The position numbers and the translations under genes are program-made. Below, piece by piece: positions 36,966-54,469 of a DNA stretch of 64,000 nt. Position 1 is the stretch's first letter. Each line of letters starts with the position of its first letter. The notes below the pieces were generated by a model. That model saw only the letters and a program-made list of their open reading frames with translations, made no database searches and was not told the origin of the DNA. The stretch is taken from NCBI GenBank assembly GCA_002269645.1, contig NIVC01001716.1, positions 147,434 to 211,433 on the forward strand, given 5' to 3'. The DNA is from Macrostomum lignano (taxonomy: Eukaryota).

Positions 36966-37744
36966 TGCCTCACTTGACGGAATTGGTTGGCAGTTGTTGG
37001 AACTGATTGACTGTTTGTTGGAAATGTATACAAACTGTCGAATCTGTGTCGCAGTTTGTCGAAACTGGTTGAAAATTGAAGCTGTCACAGCCAAAAAGTG
37101 TCGAAATCGGATGCCAGAAATTAAAATTGGTTGCAGGTGGTTCAAAATTGAAAGTGAAAAGGTGTGGTTGGCTGGTCATGTTCTCCGCGTGTTCTGAGAA
37201 GGGGCACTGGCTGTACATTCTGTGCACTTGGCTGCAACCCAAACCGCCCGTCCCTAGACCTTGCCTTTCGATTTTGACTTAAATTATGTACATTATAAGT
37301 TATTGATTCAATTTACACAAATATCATATTTATTTACTCGCAACCGACTTGTTAGTTCAAATAAACCTGAAGATGCACATTGTAGCGCGAAACGCGTCGT
37401 CTCATTGGACCTATGTTGATTTTCGGTCTCCGAAACGTGATAAACGTGATAGTCGGCCACAAGCTTGAGATGAGTTTGCTGCACTATCGATCTGATCAAA
37501 ATCATGGCCTAATCTGACCAGACAAATCGTGAAACACTGCAGCAGGAGGTGACTGCACAGTGATAAAAGAGATTTAAAATCAGAGTCAAATTTAGGAGAA
37601 GAGCCATTGTCTTAAACTCTGACTTCCAATGAACCCTCCATTCCTGTCAAGCAACACTTCGCCTTTTTTAGTATCTATCGATAGAGACAAACGGAACACT
37701 GTAATTACTTGCCCAGGCCAGCGGTACCCAGGCCAAGAAGCGTC

Positions 37745-38360
37745 CCAGAGTCTCTTGCGTGGCACCAGAGTCGTTTCAGAGTCGTTGCAGATGACACAGG
37801 TAAAATTGGAAAGTGACTCTAAATGACTCTAGAACGACGAGATGTCACGGTGCAAGGCGCCAAAAAGTCATCAAAGAGTCGCTCAAGAATCACTTTGAAG
37901 CTTTTTTTTGCCTGCGACTCTGAAACGACTCTGGGACGACGCAAGTGACTCTGGGGCACCGGTATAATGACTCTGGGGCTGTAGAGTCGTATTTGAGGTG
38001 TGCTAGAGTCGCTGTAGAGTCACTGAGTTATGTTTGAAGCGCATTTGCGTCGCTTGATGAATTAGAGTCACATCTCCAGCAAAATTTAAGCGCCGACACA
38101 ACGATTCTTGGACGACTCTTTCGCGACTCTTTCACGATTCTGCAATTCACGTGACGCGCTTGTGACGCAACAGTCGCCTCTCCGTCGCATTAGACGCGTT
38201 TGAGTCGTTAAAAAGTCACAAGAGTTGCCCAAGAGTCGCTAAGAGTCACAAGCCAAAAGTCAAAAGTCACGAGCCAAAAGTCACAAGAGTTGCCCAAGAG
38301 TCGCCAAGAGTCGCTAGTAGTTGTTTGCAATGACCCTTTAGCGATTCTTGTCACGGTAAC
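37745..38360. repeat. Degenerate GAGTC/GACTC-rich dispersed repeat (possible non-autonomous DNA element)
   Basis: Many short GAGTCG/CGACTC motifs in both orientations; the block CGACTCTT..ACGATTCTGCAA.TCACGTGA.GCGCT...TTAAAAAGTCACAAGAGT recurs at ~61780-61865. Confidence 0.55.
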
Positions 38361-39024
38361 ATTTTCAACGGGTTGACCAGGGAGAATCAGGAATCAGGAA
38401 TCACAACGACCGCGCGTTTATATTTGCACCAAATCATAAATTACCAAAAGATCGATGATCTTTCGCAACATGGTTATTAATATTTGTTTGCATAGCATTT
38501 TCGTTTACTTTTACTTATAGTAGAGTAGTAAGTAATAAAATAAGAGTCATTCATTTCGGTCTTAAAACGTATGCAGAATAGCTTATTCTGCATCAATTGA
38601 GGACAGACAAAACCATCGACAATCCGTGTGTGAAATCAAGCGGAAGAAAATTGGACCACTTTTTACATTGAGTTGCCTGTAAAAGTTAACAATTTATAAC
38701 AATGTAAAACAAAGAGACAAGAACAATCAGAAGTTTGGAAGCCAAAACCCGGCCTCCCAGTGAGATTTGCAAGACCTGCAGTGTAGCATACTTTTAATTT
38801 CGCTGTATTTTAGATACAAAATTTCCAAAAGAGATGTTCAAACGGTTTCTCAGAAAAATGACATGTACGAGCGTATTTGATTTTATTCAATGAAAAAGAG
38901 GAATATGAATAAACAGTGATCGAGAACTGTCATATTTTACAGAATTTACTCGAAAAATGAAGAATTACCGCTCACTCGGTCGAGAATCCACGATTTGCAC
39001 AACTAACAGCTACTAATAATACTA

Positions 39025-41047
39025 CTACTGACTGGACGGAGTGACAGTAGTCTGTACAGAGTTTCTGAGTCTGTGAGATTTGCTCATGGAGAGAACGAAC
39101 AGAACCATGAGCAGCAGAGCCACCACCAGAGCTACTGAGATCCACAGTCGGTACTGGCAGATGGCAGCGCAGATTTTCCTCCGGCCGGACTTGGCCGGAC
39201 TTGAGCACTCGTCTAGCTGTCGAATCTCGCCGTCCGAAGCTCGAGTGTGCCTCTGCCACGAGACTGATTTCTTACTTTGCCGCCGTTGCTGTCGCAGGAG
39301 CTGCATACTCTGCGCCGCCTCCAAGTCTTCATCTTCTTGTGAGTCTGAGCCATTGATCGCTGGCGGCAGGCAAAGTTCGTTCTCAAGCTTTGATAGAGCA
39401 ATACGAGATGTTTCTAAGAAATTTTGGCGCGATTTCAAACTGTCCGGATCGCCGTCGGTGTTGCCGGAATCGGCGTGTCGCTTGAGCAGCTGCAGAGTCT
39501 CGCTGAGTTCGTCCAGGCTCCACTTCACACTGCGAATGCCGTTCTTGACGGCCCCTGATTCCGTTGTGAAGGATTCAATTTTCTTATATTACTACTGATC
39601 TGTCATAAACTGAGTAGCAAGTTAGCCACATGCATTTAAAAAATTATAAAATAAAAACTTCACAAACTGACATTAAGCGTTATTTTTCTCGTATTTCTAA
39701 TCAAATTGGGGAGAGTATACCCTCCCCATATCCCTAGTATACCCTCCCCATATCCCTAGTATACCCGCCCCATAGTATACCCTTCCCCATATCCCTAGTA
39801 TACCCTCCCCATATCCCTAGTATACCCTCCCCATATCCCTAGTATACCCGCCCCATATCCCTAGTATACCCTCCCCATATCCCTAGTATACCCTCCCCAT
39901 ATCCCTAGTATACCCTCCCCATATCCCTAGTATACCCGCCCCATATCCCTAGTATACCCTCCCCATATCCCTAGTATACCCTCCCCATATCCCTAGTATA
40001 CCCTCCCCATATCTCTAGTATACCCTCCCCATATCCCTAGTATACCCGCCCCATATCCCTAGTATACCCTCCCCATATCCCTAGTATATCCTCCCCATAT
40101 CCCTAGTATACCCTCCCCATATCCCTAGTATACCCTCCCCATATCTCTAGTATACCCTCCCCATATCCCTAGTATACCCTCCCCATATCTCTAGTATACC
40201 CTCCCCATATCTCTAGTATACCCTCCCCATATCCCTAGTATACCCTCCCCATATCTCTAGTATACCCTCCCCATATCCCTAGTATACCCGCCCCATATCC
40301 CTAGTATATCCTCCCCATATCCCTAGTATACCCTCCCCATATCCCTAGTATATCCTCCCCATATCCCTAGTATACCCGCCCCATATCCCTAGTATACCCT
40401 CCCCATATCCCTAGTATACCCTCCCCATATCCCTAGTATACCCTCCCCATATCCCTAGTATATCCTCCCCATATCCCTAGTATATCCTCCCCATATCCCT
40501 AGTATACCCTCCCCATATCCCTAGTGTACCCGCCCCATATCCCTAGTATACCCGCCCCATATCCCTAGTATACCCTCCCCATATCCCTAGTATACCCGCC
40601 CCACATCCCCAGTATACCCTCCCCATTTCCCTAGTATACCCGCCCCATATCCCTAGTATACCCGCCCCATATCCCTAGTGTACCCGCCCCATATCCCTAG
40701 TATACTCTCCCCATATCCCTTAGTATACCCTCCCAGATCCCCAGTATATCCTCCCTATGTTCCCAGTATTAACCCTCCCAGTAGTTCATGGGATAACCAG
40801 GTTGCATTGCTATACGCCTTCAAAAGGCAACTAAACAAAATACACTGTATCTGAAATCCCCACGGAACTATTAACAGTAAGCTAAGGCATTACCTTCCAG
40901 CTCCTGCAGCTCAAACTCCATAGCTTCGGTCCACTGGCCGCCGCTGTCTCGAGTGCAACGCAGGTTCCTCCAAGTCTCCGCGGTGGCCAGCAGGCGCTCA
41001 AAAGACGCCGCGGCCTCTCGCTGATCCAGCATGAACGGGTCGGTCAT
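39025..41047 (-). CDS. Syntaxin-6 N-terminal (Habc) domain protein with C-terminal TM anchor; exons 41047 (or 41107)-40894 and 39554-39025
   Basis: MTDPF...W + (phase-1 GT-AG intron) + KNGIRSVKWSLDELSETL...RQNFL aligns by eye with STX6 EDPF...RNNLRSIEWDLEDLDETI...RKAFI. Hydrophobic LWISVALVVALLLMVLFVLSM near the C-terminus. Confidence 0.75.
39715..40780. repeat. 22-bp minisatellite (ATATCCCTAGTATACCCTCCCC) in the intron of the syntaxin-6-like gene
   Basis: Direct tandem copies. Confidence 0.97.
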
Positions 41048-41367
41048 GTGGCTGCTGCTGCAACTGCTGCTTTTGCTCTCGTTTCCTGCTTCTGCCGCAC
41101 AACGCATGATTTGATAATTTCTTTCGAATAATTTCCAGGTTTGACTTCTTTGAAAATGCAGGCCAATGTAGCTATAATTAAAGTAGCTGACTTTATCTTA
41201 TCAACGGCCGAACTCAATTTTGGTTAGAGACTTCTGCTTGAGCTGGGCCCCACGGCGCGGAAACAACCGCTGACTGAGGTCTCAGGTTGGGTGCCAGTTT
41301 TTCAAGGGGTAGAAAATGGAAACGTTGCTTTTAGTTAATATGTGCATATATATTTATATTGAATGAG

Positions 41368-42061
<694 letters not shown>

Positions 42062-42590
42062 CCAGTTGGGTCAATCGCAATCACTTGCAGCCTGAGGAGG
42101 GCGGTCATGAATAGTAGATGAAGCTGCAGCCTAGGCTGGCACTGCAGCAGCCCTAATTACTGAGGGGTGGCGGCCAAGGCAGAGCGGCTCCGCTCCACTC
42201 CGGCCAGAGGGGCGACCGGCCGTCCATCGTGTCCGACCCCCTCCCGCGGACTTGCATAAAAAGGCGAGCGATGCCAAAACCGCAGAGACAGGCCAAACTA
42301 CAAAACTTTCCCAGCATATCGCGTGTCGGCCAGCTCTGTGAGAGCCGCTAACAGCTTCAGTCACACCTATTTTATATTGGAGAGACGGCGCCATGCTGCT
42401 TAAAAGGGCCCCTAGGCGAAGGGCAATAATGTGCGAGTCCTTTCCTGTTTGAGGAGGCGAAATCTCGCTCGCAGAAGAAAAAGCAGAAGAAACTACGCGC
42501 ATAGAAGTCGCGCATCGTTTGGCTTGAATTACACTCCACTCCGCAAGTCACAGTTTCAGTCTGAGCCAGGCTTTTCCGCTGGGCAGCCTT

Positions 42591-42596
42591 TATAAA
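42591..42596 (+). promoter_or_regulatory. Candidate TATA box for a non-coding first exon of fascin (donor CAG|GTGAGA at 42765/42766, acceptor at 45418)
   Basis: TATAAA followed by a strong donor; polypyrimidine-CAG acceptor 27 nt before the fascin ATG. Inference only. Confidence 0.3.
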
Positions 42597-42911
42597 CTGG
42601 CAGAGCGGAGACAGCCCCACACGCAGGCTCCCAACTCCCGACCAAGAGCGTTCGTGCCTATTTTCTGTAGCCCAGCAGAAACCAGCAATGGACAACAGCA
42701 GTTTCTTCTTGAAAAAGAAGACGGCTAACAGTTATTATTTTGGCCGGCCGTTGAACTCAGTTCAGGTGAGACTTCTCGAACTGCCACAGGATGCTCAGTC
42801 AGAGCTGAACTGGCTAAACGCTTTTAGTTGCTATGGTTGATCGCAGAATTACCTCCAGAACAGTCCTTGAAGATATCAACCTTGCTACTCGTATAGCTAG
42901 TCAGTCTAGCC

Positions 42912-44815
42912 CTCATTTAAGCTCCGCAGGCACTCATTTAAGCTCCGCAGGCACTCATTTTGGCGCCACAGGCACTCATTTTGGCGCCGCAGGCACTCAT
43001 TTAAGCTCCGCAGGCACTCATTTAAGCGCCGCAGGCACTCATTTTGGCGCCGCAGGCACTCATTTAAGTACCGCAGGCACTCATTTAAGTACCGCAGGCA
43101 CTCATTTAAGTACCGCAGGCACTCATTTAAGTACCGCAGGCACTCATTTTGGCGCCGCAGGCACTCATTTAAGTACCGCAGGCACTCATTTTGGCGCCGC
43201 AGGCACTCATTTTGGCGCCGCAGGCACTCATTTAAGTACCGCAGGCACTCATTTAAGTACCGCAGGCACTTATTTTGGCGCCGCAGGCACTCATTTAAGC
43301 TCCGCAGGCACTCATTTAAGTACCGCAGGCACTCATTTTGGCGCCGCAGGCACTCATTTAAGCTCCGCAGGCACTCATTTAAGTACCGCAGGCACTCATT
43401 TTAGCTCCGCAGGCACTCATTTTAGCGCCGCAGGCACTCATTTAAGCTCCGCAGGCACTCATTTTGGCGCCGCAGGCACTCATTTAAGCTCCGCAGGCAC
43501 TCATTTAAGCGCCGCAGGCACTCATTTTGGCGCCGCAGGCACTCATTTAAGTACCGCAGGCACTCATTTAAGTACCGCAGGCACTCATTTAAGTACCGCA
43601 GGCACTCATTTAAGTACCGCAGGCACTCATTTTGGCGCCGCAGGCACTCATTTAAGCTCCGCAGGCACTCATTTAAGTACCGCAGGCACTCATTTTAGCT
43701 CCGCAGGCACTCATTTTAGCGCCGCAGGCACTCATTTAAGCTCCGCAGGCACTCATTTTGGCGCCACAGACACTCATTTAAGCTCCGCAGGCACTCATTT
43801 AAGCTCCGCAAGCACTCATTTAAGCTCCGCAGGCACTCATTTTGGCGCCACAGACACTCATTTAAGCTCCGCAGGCACTCATTTTGGCGCCACAGACACT
43901 CATTTAAGCTCCGCAGGCACTCATTTAAGCTCCGCAAGCACTCATTTAAGCTCCGCAGGCACTCATTTTGGCGCCACAGACACTCATTTAAGCTCCGCAG
44001 GCACTCATTTTGGCGCCACAGACACTCATTTAAGCTCCGCAGGCACTCATTTAAGCTCCGCAAGCACTCATTTAAGCTCCGCAGGCACTCATTTTGGCGC
44101 CACAGACACTCATTTAAGCTCCGCAGGCACTCATTTTGGCGCCACAGACACTCATTTAAGCTCCGCAGGCACTCATTTAAGCTCCGCAAGCACTCATTTA
44201 AGCTCCGCAAGCACTCATTTAAGCTCCGCAAGCACTCATTTTGGCGCCACAGACACTCATTTAAGCTCCGCAGGCACTCATTTAAGCTCCGCAAGCACTC
44301 ATTTAAGCTCCGCAGGCACTCATTTAAGCTCCGCAGGCACTCATTTTGGCGCCACAGACACTCATTTAAGCTCCGCAAGCACTCATTTTGGCGCCACAGA
44401 CACTCATTTAAGCTCCGCAAGCACTCATTTAAGCTCCGCAAGCACTCATTTAAGCTCCGCAAGCACTCATTTTGGCGCCACAGACACTCATTTAAGCTCC
44501 GCAGGCACTCATTTAAGCTCCGCAAGCACTCATTTAAGCTCCGCAGGCACTCATTTAAGCTCCGCAGGCACTCATTTTGGCGCCACAGACACTCATTTAA
44601 GCTCCGCAAGCACTCATTTTGGCGCCACAGACACTCATTTAAGCTCCGCAAGCACTCATTTAAGCTCCGCAAGCACTCATTTAAGCTCCGCAAGCACTCA
44701 TTTAAGCTCCGCAAGCACTCATTTAAGCTCCGCAAGCACTCATTTTGGCGCCACAGACACTCATTTAAGCTCCGCAGGCACTCATTTAAGCTCCGCAGGC
44801 ACTTATTTTGGCGCC
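42912..44815. repeat. 21-bp minisatellite (GCAGGCACTCATTTAAGCTCC; variants TTTGGCGCC, AAGTACC)
   Basis: About 90 tandem units; local 126-bp higher-order period around 43750-44140. Confidence 0.97.
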
Positions 44816-45445
44816 TGCGGTGCTATATTTTGGCGCCTTGAAGTAAAACTACTGATTTCCATAACGGCTCACAAGGTGGGGCGGGGGGGGGGAACATTGG
44901 CATGGCCCCCCAGCCCAAAGCTTTTACTGGGGCGGGGGGGGGGACATGGCCCCCTGTCCCCACTCCCCTGCAATGTACTCTTACTTGCTCGCCCCTCTGA
45001 CCGCGCCGGTAGTTGCTCATCTTTCATGCACATGTACACTAGTCAGACTGATGATGGAGTTCAATGCATAAGTGACTTTCCCGCGCGGTTCTTTTGATAT
45101 TAGTACGAGGCTATTAGATCTGGACTTAATTTGGTATTTATTTGCGCGCACAGATGGTTAAAGGCTGGCTATAGGGGAGAAATAATTTAGGATTAGCTTA
45201 CCTGCAGCTCAGGTATTCAGACCGAAGTGGGCGTGGCTCAGCCCAGTGTATTGGGATTAGGCTGAACAGAATTGAATGGAATGGCCCGGAGACTAATGGG
45301 CGGGCAGGGTAAGGGCGGATCGCGTTCTCAATTCTGAGTCGCTTTATAATGGCGACTCATCCTACTGAGCAACTCTGATCTCTAATCTGAGGCCGTTTTG
45401 TTCTCCCTTACCGCCCAGATTATCCCAGCAACCGGCGGCAGCGGC

Positions 45446-49852
<4,407 letters not shown>

Positions 49853-49863
<11 letters not shown>

Positions 49864-50283
49864 CCTGCCTGAGGGAATACTGACCTGCCTGAGGGATTAC
49901 TGACCTGTCTGAGGGATTACTGACCTGCCTGAGGGAATACTGACCTGCCTGAGGGATTACTGACCTGCCTGAGGGAGTACTGACCTGCCTGAGGGAACAC
50001 TGACCTGCCTGAGGGATTACTGACCTGCCTGAGGGAGTACTGACCTGCCTGATGGATTACTGACTTGCCCGAGGGATTACTGACGTGCCTGTGGGAGTAC
50101 TGACCTGCCTGAGGGATTACTGACCTGCCTGAGGGAGTACTGACCTGCCTGAGGGATTACTGACCTGCCTGAGGGAGTACTGACCTGCCTGAGGGAGTAC
50201 TGACCTGCCTGAGGGATTACTGACCTGCCTGAGGGAGTACTGACCTGCCTGAGGGATTACTGACCTGCCTGATGGAGTACTGA
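49853..50283. repeat. 20-bp minisatellite (TGACCTGCCTGAGGGAKTAC) starting at the fascin stop codon
   Basis: About 21 units. Confidence 0.96.
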
Positions 50284-50754
50284 GAACTGCATGAAGGTTA
50301 AATTAAATACCTGAACATTAACCACATTGAATGTAGAATTGAATCATGGATAATTAAGAATGCTACGGATTACGAGCATTGTTAGCATAAATGTACTTTT
50401 AATAAGCAACTTCAAACATATCAAGCCTCCAACAATTAATATACCATACTTTTTGTTCGTACATAATTGTTGTTTACCGCAATAAATATTGTGCAATAAA
50501 ACACTCCCTCACACGCTCACAATGTGTAATATTTCAACTAATTAGTTTCACAGACTACACTAAAAAATGCCTATTGAGCTAGCATGTAAGATAGTACGGG
50601 CTAACTATGCGACTATTTTTTGCTTCTCCTAGAAGCAATTGATAAGAATGAGACGCACCATATTTTGATTTGCACCTTCACCAGGGGTCGGCAAACTCTT
50701 TTACCCTGAGGGCCGAGATAAAGAATGCAGCTCATGTGGTGCGGGACAGATGAG

Positions 50755-51197
50755 AAAGGAAAGGTGAGAGAATAGATGACAGATGAGAGAAGAGGGGAGA
50801 GAGAAGAGAGAGGAGAGGGGAGAAGAGGGAGGGAAGAGGAGAAGAGATAGAGCAGAGGGGAGAGAGAAGAAGGGAGAGAGGAGAGGGGAGAGAGGAGAGG
50901 AGATAGAGGAGATAAAGGAGAGGAGACAGAGGAGGAGGAGAGAGGAGAGGAGATAGAGGAAAGGGGAGAGAGGAGAGAAGAGAGAGAAGAGGGGAGAGAG
51001 GAGAGAAGATAGAGCAGAGGGGAGAGAAAAGAGGGGAGAGAGGAGAGGAGAGAGAGGAGAGGGGAGAGAGGAGAGAAGAGAGATGAGAGGGGAGAGAGGA
51101 GTGAGGGAGAGGAGAGGAGAGGGGAGTGAGGGAGAGAGGAGAGGAGAGAGAGGAGAGAGGGAGGAGAGAGAGAGAGAGAGAGAGAGGAGAGAAGAGA
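50755..51197. repeat. Purine-rich (GAGAG/GGAGA) low-complexity tract
   Basis: Direct reading. Confidence 0.92.
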
Positions 51198-51944
51198 CGC
51201 AGCCCTGAGCGGACGGCATGGCTATTGTGAAGTTTCAAAGGACCCGAGGGCGGGAGTTCGCTCACCCCTGACCTAGACAGATCTCATTCGTATTATCCTT
51301 AGCGGAAATTAATATACATGTATATAGCTCAGTTAGAATACCCCAGCTCCAACTATTATAATAAATAAAGCATTCGCTCACTATATGAAGGCTTGATGTG
51401 CCATTCAAGCCGGCAAATTAATTGGACGAATAAATTGAGTACTGTCTCAATTTACACATATTGTCTGGCCTCGCAATATTAGAGAAAGGGAAGATGTGCA
51501 GCCTGATAATTAATTGGTCAAGCTCTATATCAACAAACAATGGGCAGTATTTATTAATTATAATCATAAACAAATACGTAGTTTTCCAACAACAGTCGAG
51601 TTTAAAGCGGTAGAAAAAATCACAAAGTTGAATGCGTGCAAATTTTTAACAGCAAAGAATAGCAAAGAAAATTTGAAATTTGAAACTGGGCCAAGGGCGT
51701 TTAGCAGAGTGCCATGGACAGCGCAGTTAATGAACTGAATATATAATCATATATATAAATTTTTTTAAGTACAGCTCTTCAGATGAAACCTGCTGACAAT
51801 CGGGACAAACAAGCGACAAAAAAGCAGAAAACAGGGCAAAGAGAAGAGAGGAGTTATGCTTCTGAATCTAATTTATTTAGCAGAAATTAAAGTCTGCAAT
51901 CTGCAATCGGTATAGCTACCCACACTCTGCAGTTAGATACCTAT

Positions 51945-52582
51945 AGATACCTATGGTAGATACCTATAAAGGTACCCACAATCTGCAATCTGGGGTACAT
52001 ACCTATAAAGGTACCCACAATCTGCAATCTGGGGAACATACCTATAAAGGTACCCACAATCTGCAATCTGGGGAAAATACCTATAAAGGTGCCCACAATC
52101 TGCAATCTGGGGAAAATACCTATAAAGGTGCCCACAATCTGCAATCTGGGGTACATACCTATAAAGGTACCCACAACCTGCAATCTGGGGTACATACCTA
52201 TAAAGGTACCCACAATATGCAATCTGGGGTACATACCCATAAAGATAACCCCACAATCTGAAATCTAGGGTACATACCTATAAAGGTAGCCCCACAATCT
52301 GCAATCTGGGGTACATACCTATAAAGATAGCCCCACAATCTGCAATCTGGGGTACATACCTATAAAGATAGCCCCACAATCTGCAATCTGGGGTACATAC
52401 CTATAAAGATAGCCCCACAATCTGCAATCTGGGGTACATACCTATAAAGATAGCCCCACAATCTGCGATCTAGGGTACATACCTATAAAGGTACCCACAA
52501 TCTGCGATCTAGGGTACATACCTATAAAGGTACCCACAATCTGCAATCTGGGGTACATACCTATAAAGGTAGCCCCACAATC
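51945..52582. repeat. 39-41-bp minisatellite (TACCTATAAAGGTACCCACAATCTGCAATCTGGGGTACA)
   Basis: Direct tandem copies. Confidence 0.96.
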
Positions 52583-53702
52583 TAAAATCTTGGGTGGAGT
52601 CGTGTGCGGGTTATAAAAACTGATGACACAGGGAGACAAATAGAATTGCGAAACTGTGAGAACTGAACAAAAAATGAAAAAAAAGTTCGTTATTTGATTA
52701 GGCACAAAATTGTTAATAGGTTGTTTGTCTCAAATTCACCACACTGTTGCGGAATTGCCGAGAGACTTAAAAAGTGGCCGCATACAAAAATTCAGTGCAC
52801 ACTAAAAAGACAATAAAAACTGTCAATACTTTAACACAAAAGCCATGCTAATAAGCGGGAGACACCTGGATTCTTCGATCAGTGCACTAAATAATCCCGA
52901 AATTCTAACTACCGATATGCATCGAACTTATAGAATTTTATTAAAATACAGGTGTCTCTTTGGGTAGACAGTGGACTAGTTCGCTACATTATTAGCCTAC
53001 TTAATGTGTTATATATGACCGAGACAAAATATATCATATTTTTACGAGCATAAAATATAGTTAGAGATCGAAAAAGAAACACAAAATAGAGAAATAAAAA
53101 CTCCGAAATTCTGCGGGCGTATGTACAAAGATTCAAGGTGGAACGAATGGGTAAACAAATCAGACTGGATAGAAAAAACAACTTATATTCGAACTTGCGC
53201 ACTCACACGCAAACTGCACTACTTACAGAGTAGGGAAAAAGAAAAAGTAGCGATAATTTCTCACTATAGTTGAATATATATTATTATTATTATTAAACAG
53301 ACGCTGGCTCAGGGGTCAGCAAAGCACCCGTTGGTGGAAAACAGCTGAGTCCAGCCTAGCTGCAGACTAAGGGGTAAGGCCCAGAGCCTGCAAGTCAGTG
53401 AATATATATGTGCCTACTATAAGTAGTTCAAAAGTTTCCTTTTTAAGTGGACATATTTTTTAGCATTGAAAATATGAATTATTTGTTGGTCAGTAAGGGA
53501 ATATTAAAATCAATTAAAATCAACTATATTTATATAATTTATAGGCCTCCTTTCTATAGACACAGATTAATCGATCAACTGTTCTAAATCATCAAGAATA
53601 TACACTAAACGACTGCTTTTTTGAAACGTAATTAATGGGATTGTTAAAGCAGAAATCATGCACACCAAAAAGATATAAAAATATCTGTTGCATTAATTAC
53701 AT

Positions 53703-54338
53703 GTACATCTCACCCCTAAACCTGTCCATCTCACCCCTAAACCTGTCCATCTCACCCCTAAACCTGTCCATCTCACCCCTAAACCTGTCCATCTCACCCC
53801 TAAACCTGTCCATCTCATTTCTAAACCTGTCTACTCACTGCTAAACCTGTCCATCTCACTCCTAAACCTGTCTATCTCACTCCTAAACCTGTCTATCTCA
53901 CCCCTAAACCTGTCCATCTCACTGCTAAACCTGTCCATCTCACTTCTAAACCTGTCCATCTCATCCCTAAACCTATCTATCTCACTCCTAAACCTGTCTA
54001 CTCACTGCTAAACCTGTCCATCTCATTTCTAAACCTGTCCATCTCACTCCTAAACCTGTCTATCTCACCCCTAAACCTGTCCATCTCACTGCTAAACCTG
54101 TCCATCTCACCCCTAAACCTGTCCATCTCACTGCTAAACCTGTCCATCTCACCCCTAAACCTGTCCATCTCATTTCTAAACCTGTCTACTCACTGCTAAA
54201 CCTGTCCATCTCACTCCTAAACCTGTCCATCTCATTTCTAAACCTGTCCATCTCACCCCTAAACCTGTCTACTCACTGCTAAACCTGTCCATCTCACTTC
54301 TAGACCTGTCTATTTCACTCCTAAACCTGTCCCTAAAC
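53703..54338. repeat. 21-bp minisatellite (CTAAACCTGTCCATCTCACCC)
   Basis: Direct tandem copies. Confidence 0.96.
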
Positions 54339-54469
54339 CATCCTTAATATCAGAGTATTTTAACCCTGTCTGTAACTGGCTAACAAGAAAAAGTGGAGCA
54401 CAGAAAATCAGGTATAAAAAATAAAAAATTTCTGCACAGAAAAGCACAGTGGAGTCGGGTCAGACAATT

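Noticed and set aside
52617-52655. CTGATGA...GAAA hammerhead-like motif
   Set aside because: No stem II pairing (C opposite C) and no flanking stems.
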